Source: Hyphochytrium catenoides
Taxonomy: Eukaryota; Protista; Hyphochytriomycota
DNA: 45,069 bases
Direction of reading: 5' to 3'
NCBI GenBank assembly: GCA_900088475.1
Contig: FLMG01000909.1
Span: 1 to 45,069 of the forward strand
In this document: in pieces, positions 35,949-45,069 of the stretch
How positions within the stretch are numbered: the stretch's first letter is position 1
Layout of the letters: each line of letters starts with the position of its first letter
The notes under the pieces: model-generated
The model's database searches: none
What the model saw: only the letters and a program-made list of their open reading frames with translations
What the model was told of the DNA's origin: nothing
Position numbers and translations under genes: made by a program

Positions 35949-36638
35949 ATGACTCTTGCAAAGGCCAAATGTAGGATAATGGAACATCATTTGGTCCTGC
36001 TCTCTATACTTGAAGTTGACAAGTTCTTCTCTCTTTTGCGTCTGCAGATATCAAAGTGAAGGACATCAGTCCAGGCACCGGGGGCCACAACCTAGTGGTG
36101 AAAGTCGTATCAGTAGAAACAGTCTTTGACAAGCCGAGGACCGACGGACAGCACACCAGGATTGCAGAAGTATTAGTTGGAGATGAGACCGGGTGCATAG
36201 TGTTCAAGGCTCGGAATGGTAATGCCAACAGCATCATTGCCTGCATCTCTGTATATAGCGCTTCTTTCTTCTAGCTCTTCTTTATAATTCTACTTCCTAA
36301 GTTATCGCTCTGGATTTTGAACTTATCGCTCTCCAGTCATCTGCTCATAGTTCCTCTCTCATTCTGCTTCGTCTATGCTTTCTGACATCGCCGCTCTGAT
36401 AGATCAAATTGAGAAGCTGGAAGTGGGCTCAACGGTGGTGATCCGGAATGCTTCGGTGGAGATGTACAAGTCTTCGTTCATGAGACTCGTCGTGACCATC
36501 TGGGGCAAGATCTCCTCTCATCCTGATGGAGTGGCCTCTACTCCTGCGGCGCCTCAATCCGTGAACGAGCAGAACAACCTATCAAAGGTGGAGTATGTGC
36601 TGGTCGATGCAGGTGACGGCAATGCTGACGCAGAATAA
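35949..36638 (+). CDS. Single OB-fold nucleic-acid-binding protein (At4g28440-like / SSB-like), 3 exons
   Basis: Exons ~35949-35970, 36048-36218 and 36403-36638 give MTLAKAKYIKVKDISPGTGGHNLVVKVVSV...RIAEVLVGDETGCIVFKARNDQIEKLEVGSTVVIRNASVEMYKSSFMRLVVTIWGKI...NNLSKVEYVLV. Confidence 0.88.
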
Positions 36639-37096
36639 AAAGGATGGAAGAAAAAGAATAGATAATGGGTTCAAAGAGAAACAGACTGGACAAAGGAGAG
36701 GACGAGGGGAAGTAGGTAGAAGAGGCAGCCGTAAGGGACGATAAGGTCAACTTCTCTCGAAGAAGAAAACGCACAAAAGGGGAAGCTCTGCTCTTTCTGG
36801 ATCGACGGCTGATAGAGTCTGGAAGCTTAAGTAGTTGAATCGCCACATCTACATCTCCCTCCGTCAGGCTTGCCCTGTCTTTCTCTTTCTTAGCGCCTCA
36901 GGATGGAGGATAAAGCAAGCCATGCTGTTAGCAAGAGAGTAAGGAGGAACCTCCGAGTGAGAGAGTCTCAATTGTTGCTGCTTCTCTCTCCTTGAGAGAT
37001 AAGGTCGAGTTGTCTCTCCTGCCGCGGAATGTTCTCAATATGGGAGACAGATTGTGAAGGAGAGGAATAGAACTCTACCGTCCGGTTCTTCTCTGA

Positions 37097-38007
37097 TCAT
37101 CGTCTGCCATCTTTCTTGCTAGTTGACTGACGGCTTGAGGATGATGATAAGGGCAGCGAAGTAGATTGGCCGCTCGGCACTCTTTTGATGTTTCCTATGG
37201 CGCGAGAGAGAAGTCTCCGCTCTGTCTGTCTCCTCGCCTCTGTCATCTCTTCCTTTGAGACTCCTCGTGCTACCTTCGCATAGACAATCTTGGGACCAGT
37301 GCGCATCAGTCGAGCTCGTTGGTCTTGGGTCAGATCTTCCAATAGGTCCGTCACGCCTGACTTGGGCTTCTTTCTGCAAAGCAGGGAGAAGAGGGAGGGA
37401 AAGAGCAGAACAAAGGTGGACAGAAAGGATGGGAATAGGGTTTCTTTGATGAGCAAGATGGCAAACACGGCGGAGAACCATTCCGTTTCTTTCTCTCTCC
37501 AGCTTCTGCTCTCTCTCTCCCTCCAGCTTCTGCTCTCTCTCTCTCTCTCCAGTTTGTGCTCTCCCTTTCCTTCTCTCTTCAACACTCTCTCTCTCCTTGG
37601 CTGCCTCTTTAACTTTCTCCCTCGTCTGTTACCTTGCGACCTCTCCTGCCCTAGATAACTAAGAGTGTTACTCCCTACCTGCTAGCAGTGGCGGTAGAAG
37701 ACAGGGCTAGTCCTGCAGCCGACTTGAGCTTCTCTCTGATCAGCAACGCTGCAGAGTTTGCTGTGTCCTGTCTCTCTGCTCGCACTGCCGCGTCTACGTC
37801 TTCCTCTCTCCCTCCTGCAGCTTCAGAGTGACAAGTGACCTCTTTCTCATTTTCCCGTGAAGCGTCAGAATGAACAGAGTGGTGTTTGTCCCTCAAGGCC
37901 GTCTTGGAAGCTTCTCCCTCTATCTTTTTGTTCTCATGTCCTGCCGTCTCTTGCTGTCTTCGTCTCTTCTTGCTAATATAGGGCCGTACAGCTTGCTCGA
38001 GTTCCAT
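37097..38007 (-). CDS. Hypothetical basic protein with an NLS-like KKRRR motif, 2 exons
   Basis: Exon 1 runs from the ATG at 38007 to ~37679 (donor gtag). A GA-repeat intron follows. Exon 2 runs from ~37374 to the stop at 37097, in phase (SRKKPKSGVTDLLEDL...). Confidence 0.6.
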
Positions 38008-38796
38008 ACTCCTTGCACTCTATAGCAGCAAAATAATTGCCCCTCTTCTGACTCGATAGCGGGCAGCACTAAGAGAGCAATGTGGCTTCTGATTATTTCA
38101 TTGAAGCGCTTTTAAGCTCTGCTTCCCCTTGCTGCGCCCCAGACCATCGCTGATTATCCTCGGCTGTCTCCACTGTCCTTCTCCTTCCTAAGCCACAGCT
38201 TCCTTCCTAGTACGAAATACTTCACTAGACTGGCTGAACGCCCTTCCTGACCATCAGACGGGATTATGGGAAAGAACGCTTCAAGTCAAGGATGCAGGAC
38301 AGGTGGAGAAGTGAAGCTGAGCAGGGGGCGCAAGACATAGGGTGACCATTGCATCAGATGGAGATTTTCTGTCTAAGTACTCTGAGCCGATGAGACCCAT
38401 GGTCGCCTCCTAAAACTGATATCTGAAGATTATTGGGTTTGTTATAGCCGTTAGCGGTAAAGATAGGCAGAAGTATTGATGCAGCTTCAGTAAATGAACT
38501 GGCAGCTGAGCCAAGCAGAGATCGTCCGGGCCACTGTCTCTGTATAGCCAGTCATGCCAAGGGCTTAGGGTTGATATACTTTGATGGAGACGTAAGGTCG
38601 TGGTACCACTCAATCCTGTCAGCACGAGCTAGGCTCCTTCAGCCTCCTAGCTGCTATTAATCTTCAACTGCACGTCAACAGCAAAGGCCCAGAGAGAGAG
38701 TTTGATGATCGAAGAGAGAGGAGGAGGCTCTAAGGAATCGCAATGAGGTTTCTTTACGCTTTATTGCTCTGGTGAGAAAGGAGGAGGAGGTAGAGA

Positions 38797-41700
38797 TCAC
38801 GTTGAGTCCACCGAGGATAGCCGCAGCCGCCTCTCCTGATGGATCAAGTCTAGGATCTGTCGACTGTTCCCTGATGTGTTCAGCCATTCCTGGCATAAGA
38901 GTGGCAGAGAGGGGGAGAGATTCACAGAGAGAGAGGGAGAGACAGAGGAGGAGGGTGAGAGGGGGTGTGAAGAGAAACACAGAGTGAGAGACGGAAAGAG
39001 AGAGAGCGAGAGAGGTGGGCGAGGGCGAGCAAGCGACCGAAGATGAAGAACGAGAGAAGAAATAAGAGAGGCGGCCGGAGGGAACTAGAGAGAAGAGCAA
39101 AGAGAAAAGAGTTCGTATGAGCAAACTCAAAGAGGGCCCACAGCGAACTAGAGACACTTGCTGATCCAGAAGTGCTGGCCATCACCTATCCGACGGCCGG
39201 GCAGGTTGAGGCAGAGAGGAAAGCCTAGAAGAGTCAGAGCGGTTGCCAAACGGAGGTGTCCACAAGAAGAGATAGTAAGACAGTGAGGGGGCATCCCACC
39301 TTGAAGCTTGCATGGATGGCGCCTTGAAGAGAATGTTGAGTCTCCATGTCCAAATTCGTATTCGAGATCAACTGCCGGAGCTCCGCCATCGCCTCTTGTC
39401 GCTGGTCTATTACCGCTTGATAGGCTGGAGGAAGAGGAAACGCTGTCGTGCGAACCTAAGAGGATAGAAAGAGGCCAGTCAGAGACACCATAAACTGCAG
39501 AGCCAAGACTTGCATTGATAACAGCCAGAGTCAGGCTTACGGCGAAGGTTAGGCAGCCAAAAGGCAAAAGAATGGGGCAGGGAAGGACTAAGGATGTTGA
39601 TGCTGACCGTGGCGGCGCTGTCGAAGACGCAGGGCACTACCAGCGCCTGGTAGTCTTGGGGAGCCTCTAACCGCACTACTTCCTCATCATCTTCAGTGCA
39701 ATTGGGGGAGTTGAAAGAGAGATGTCTGAGAGTCTGAGAGTCAACAACAAAAAAGGAGACCAAGCGCTTCCCAGACGATAAACAGGAGACGGGGAGCAAC
39801 GGAAGCAAGGGAAACAACGAGACGCGGGTCACAGAAAGGCAGCGGAAGGGAAGTTGTTGATCAGAGAGCGACTGGAGAACGTCGCAGAGAGCCATAGCAA
39901 TGAAACATACCATCTTCCGCAGGCGCTATGTTCCTGAACGCCTCGAAGACACCCCAAGGATGCTGTCCATCACTGGGTGCCAGGCCTGCCCGTGTCAGAT
40001 GCGCTTCCAAAGTGGGATAGTAGGTGTTATGGGGGCCAAAGCGTATCCCATGATTATCTCCGAACATCACCGGAGCTGTCGTTGTGAAGACACTGAACGT
40101 GGAGTCCAAGCAGTTGCTGAATGTGAAGAGAAATCAGTACAGAGTCGACAAAGCCCGCTAGTTAGACTGAAGATACATTACTGGAGATGACAGGTGCTTA
40201 ACGGGCCTTTAGCTAAAGGAATATAAAAAGGCAAAGGAGGCGAGAAGAACCATCATCAAAGAGCAGAACTGCACCAAGCAAGACACCGCGATTGTACGTC
40301 CGACCCATCCTTTCTTCCTTCTAACCGCCTAACAGCCTTCTCAGGTTAACATCAACTCCTTCTGGGCGGTTCTCCCTCAAGTGTTACGATGGGCCTTGGT
40401 AGTCTCCCTCTCACAATTACCTTAAGTGCAGATGTCTGGCTGCGACTGTTAACTGAACCTTCTCGCAACGATCTACCGTCACTATGGCTGAGGATGCACC
40501 GACTACGATGGTGCAGTTCCTGCAGGCGATAACGCTGACGCAGCGCAAGGGAAGCAGGACATAGATATACGAATCCTCACAAAAGGCAATGACAAGGTCT
40601 AGAAAAGGAAGTGACGACCCAGACGAAGAGAGGGTAGCCAATTCTTTCTCTGCTGTCTTCACCAGCGTCGACTTTACTTGGTTGCTGATGACGATTGTTC
40701 TACATCGAGTAAAAGCGGACCGAAAGCACCCAGCGTGAGCAGCAAGCACGGAGAGACATAGGAAAAAAGAAAGAGAGCGAGGAGAGAAATAGCTAAGAGT
40801 CTTTCCCTCACCTCACTAAGGGAGCTTCATTGCCAAGAGTCTTAGGCAACGCATTTCCCCCTGCCGGTCCTTCTGACAATAGCCAAAACAACTTAGATAA
40901 ACGTGCGCAATACGAATTTTATGAACGTGAGGGGAAAGGATAATTGAGGAGAGAGACGCCCAAGATCACTGACTCAGGAGCATGACTAACAGGAACAAGA
41001 TGGGTTAGAATGCAAAGGCGGTGCGCACCACTGATAGGCGGGCTCTTTATAATTCCTTGCTGATAGGGCTCAACGGCTGGATGGGAGATTTCGTTGACGG
41101 TGACGTGCTTCCGGATCCAGTCCTACGAGAGACATGCAACAAGGATACATTAGGAGAGGATGCCAAGGTAGATCGTTTGTCTAAACAATGGAAAAACAGT
41201 GCACCAAGAACGATACTACAGGGAAGAATGCCAAGGTAGTTCTACTGTCATCCCTTTGTCCTCGCTGTGGGCGGGATCATCTCCTACGTTGATCTCATAG
41301 TCTCCCACCAACTCACCGCAACTTCTTCCGCCGGCCTGGTAGTTTGTCCTTCTTCATCTACCCATCCTGGCATCAGTTCGCTCAATAGCCGGCACTGATG
41401 GAAGACATAGAGTGAGAGTGAGCGAGAGGTTGGATTGGAGCCAGAGTAATTGAGCATACACCACGAACCTTTCTATCCATAGCTGTCCCACCCTCAAGGA
41501 GAAAGGAAAGAAGATCCAAATGCCTCTTTTCTAGCCTTGTCTCCGTTGTTTTCTCTGTTGCACCTCCCTTCCCCGCCACGAGCTCTAGCAGAGCCATCAA
41601 GTTGCTCTTTAAAAAAGTAATTCTGTTTTGATCTGCTGTCGTGCGCAGAAGAAGCCCGACAGTCCTAGGTGAGTTCTGTGTATGGGTTGGAGAGGCATGA

Positions 41701-43509
41701 GAAGCGTGAGAGGAGGGTGAATGAGAGATATCCATGGCTTGAAGGGTTGTGAGCCGTGGATGAGGACTCTCGTCATGCCAACTGTGGAAGGAAGAAGGAT
41801 TGGAGTCAAGGTACCTACGGGCAGTGAGCTCATGGATGCGAAAAGAATTAAAGGCACAGGGCCCTTACTTGGCTACGTTAGGTATAAAGAAAGATAGAAT
41901 AAAGAGAAGACAAAAGAGTCTATGGAAGAGAGATACCACATGCAACAGAAAGGGTTGAGAAGAGAAACGAAAAAGAGAGCCGGAATGAGTGCCACGAAAA
42001 GAAAAGTGGAAAGAGCAAACTTGACAGGAAAGAGGAAAATGACAAAGGGAAAGAGAGAAAGAGAAACCGAGAACAGCGATCGCTCTGCCACAAGAGCAAA
42101 GTTAATGAGTTTGATAAGGATACACAGCATTAAGGGATTCTATTGTCTCTTTCCGCCTATAACTTGTGTCCAAGTGCGCAAAGAGGAACTGTGCCAGGAA
42201 GGCAAGAAGCAGTGCTCCGTCCTCCAGCATATAACCTTTCATGAGTGACAGAGAGGCAGATGGAAGTCAGTCCGAGCAAAACGTGCCCAAAACATGTAGC
42301 GAAGAACTTGGGCCTGGCAGTGGGGGCTACAGTTGTCAATAAAAGAGGTTGAAGAAGTTATTTGGATGAGAGCAAGAGCCGGGTAGACGAAGAGAGAAGG
42401 ATAATATTTACCCGATGCCTCCACCACTGGGGCCATATCCTGGGAGAAATAGAGCAATAGCTCCCAGAAGCTGATTGAAAGTCAAGAGAAAGTGGGCAGC
42501 AGGTAAGGAGCGGAAGGATACAAGGACATTGTGGACTGAAGGAGGCGTTTGAGGCACGCAGATAGAGATCATAAGAGGCGGCATAGCGGATCTCTTAACA
42601 GCCCAGTCCAAGACCAAAGTGGCCGATAGTGAGAGAGTGAGAAGGATAGCCGAACTAGAATGCAACTCAAACAGCGGCCACAAGCTTGGGTCACAAAAGG
42701 GGAAAGCATGAGAGACGGGACACTGTGAACATATGATGAGAGAACATTGATGCCGAAGGAAAATTGAAAACTGAAGCCAACGGAACTCCCTCATTAGACG
42801 GAAAGTGACACAAGTGGTTAGACGGAGCGATAGCAGCGCCGAAGGGCACTCTTACGTCTGGATCTCGCACGATGTCCAAGAGAGGTATTTTGAAGCAGCT
42901 TCTGTCCAGACCTTGTCACTGTAAAGGCCAACACAAGGAGAGAACGTAGCAGACCCGTAAACAACGGCAGAGAACTTGTCCTAATAGTCAAGGAAAGAAG
43001 CAACTGAATCGATAGATACGTCCAATGGTGGAAGAGAGAGGCTGGACTAGACAGACGGTAGACTAGCAACAAAATAGAAATGACCAGCTTTAGATCATTA
43101 AGAGGCTAAGGATCGCTGTTGCGCATCGATAAAGTGACCGCAGTGTATTCGTGGGAGCCACAGAAGAGCGTTCAAGAGCTAGAAGGCGGGCGGAAGGTGA
43201 CGCAAATATAGATAGAGAGTAAGAGCAAGCAAGTGGCGCACAGAAGGGAAAAAAAGAAATAGAGAAAAGAGAGAGGCGGTCAGAAGAGGCGAGAGCTCTA
43301 TAGATAGTAAGGGGGTAGGAGGAGAAGGATATGGGTCTAGAGGAGACTCGGAAGGGAGTTGACACATACGTGACAGCTACTGGGTTCTTCTGTCGCAGAT
43401 AGTTAATGAGGGAAGAGATGCTCTCCAGAGTAAGCGCCTTGCTCTTCCTTGAGGGATATAGCAGAACTCCATGCTCATAGAGCTCCGCACGAAGCCAGAG
43501 TATGGCCAT
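38797..43509 (-). CDS. TBCCD1: TBCC domain-containing protein 1 (C-CAP/cofactor C-like beta-helix), multi-exon
   Basis: N-terminus MAILWLRAELYEHGVL. TBCC domain: IAFCEDSYIYVLLPLRCVSVIACRNCTIVVGA...CEKVQLTVAARHLHL / SNCLDSTFSVFTTTAPVMFGDNHGIRFGPHNTYYPTLEAHL. Family-type C-terminus: FPLPPAY...IHASFK|EWLNTSGNSRQILDL. Stop TGA at 38799-38797. Confidence 0.88.
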
Positions 43510-45069
43510 GGTGTCCCCGGTGTACCCCTAGCAGGAGGGGAACAAAGACGCACCCAGTGATGGCTTCACTTCTCCTTCAGCGCACGCGGCGCCAGATGTG
43601 AAAAAGCTAAATGACACAGTGAGCAATTGTGCCGCAAGATACTGGAGGCCACCCTGTGTCTCCCCATGCTCACGCCTGAGATCCCCCGCAACCATCTCTA
43701 GCTACACAGTTGTCCCGCCGTGCAGGCTAGATTCTCTCTCTTAACCCGTAGTGCGTCCAAGACTGCTTACCTTAGCTGGTGCTCCCGCAAGCCGCTTTCA
43801 CTTGCGCCCAGTGAGAGACGGCTATTTATGGTAAGGGTGGCCAGCAGTCTCCAAGTCTCGTGGCCTCGTCGCCTCACGGTCTATCCTCAGCAAAGTAGGT
43901 GATTCCTTCTCTGATCTAATCTAACCCTGAGATGATTTTTGCTGTATGATGAAAGCTAAGACTATTTACCGTTTGAGCTCTAGATGTACCCTATCCTGGC
44001 CCTCTTCAGATGGACCGAAAGGGCCCGTGTGCTCTCATCTCTGTCTAACAATCTCTGTCTGCACTCTGTCTGCACTTCCAGACGCCGCCGCTGCTGCTGC
44101 TCTGATCCCGCAGCACCAAGGCCCGAGAGGAGGGGAGATCATTGATACGGAGACTAAACGTTTTCGATAACTAAGAAAGCAATGATTACTAAGAACTTTA
44201 CTGATTACCTTCTTCCAACGATAACTGATACGTAGCCCATAGTACAGTACGAGGCGTTATTTGAATGAATTGAGCTGGTGTATTTGTTGGTTGATCAGAA
44301 GGTCAGAAGCCACAAGAAAGCTGTACTGATGACGAAGTTGATGATGATGAAAGACGCTGCTACTACTAAGATTCTTCTAAGCGGTTACTCTTAGGCTCTC
44401 TGCTGTTTCCTACAATGCAGAAGGTCAATTCTTCTGAGTTCGGGAAGTCCGAGAGAAGAGGAGTGTTGACGAGCTTTGTACTTCTTCTGTCATATCCTAT
44501 GATCCTCCTGCTGAAGCTTTTTCTTTGAGAAATTATCGCCGCTAGCCCTTTCTCGAGTAAGCATCGTGGTGATATTCATGTCGTCCTCGCTTATCGGGTT
44601 CGTCAATTTTCCTCCGGTAACCTGTGTTGTTGTCCATGGACTGCGCTAGTCCTGCTCCCCATGTCAAGTATATATCTCTCTATTGCGTCCCTCCCGACAT
44701 TCACATCTCTGGTCCATCTCCCCACACTTACCACGAGGATATCCCAGAGACTGTCATGACCACTGCTATTGGTGATAGGTGACAAAGTGCCGTTATGCAC
44801 GACGTCGTTCCTAGCTCCAGGCAATCTATTATTGCTTCTTTGTTAATTTTACCTGGCGGAATGCACGCTGTTTAAACCAAATAAGAAGAGCTTTTGGTAG
44901 CTAATGATCAAGTGATGATATTATTGTTCCTCTTCTGCACCATATGATACTACAGAAGAGGATGACGAGGATAGCTCTTTCTCCATTGTTGGCATCAAAT
45001 GAGCGTTCTTAAGAGTACAAACGCTGAGCGGAAAGTCTAATAGTAGTAGGATAGCATGATTCCAGTATC

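Overview
Eukaryotic nuclear DNA with many GT-AG spliceosomal introns and CT/GA microsatellite-rich intron sequence. The gene content suggests a protist, probably a stramenopile (inference). Most entries in the ORF track are spurious or exon fragments, so gene models were rebuilt by hand from splice sites and reading phase. In order: a 5'-truncated DNA ligase IV (+, 25 exons in the window, including an 8-nt micro-exon); a convergent FANCJ/BRIP1-type Fe-S DEAH helicase (-); a ~10 kb gene-poor island holding three intronless paralogs of an unassigned ~160-aa secreted protein and a ~307-nt fold-back; a membrane J-domain protein (+); a five-exon bacterial-type MinE not shown as an intact ORF in the track (-, probably mitochondrial); an intronless 392-aa orphan (+); a QWRF/HAUS8-like protein (-); an At4g28440-like OB-fold protein (+); a small basic hypothetical protein (-); and TBCCD1 (-). 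The best candidate for something undescribed is the secreted paralog triplet, which may be horizontally acquired and ends in a CBM-like WDSxxGxNYxF motif. The hidden MinE and the long hairpin are next.
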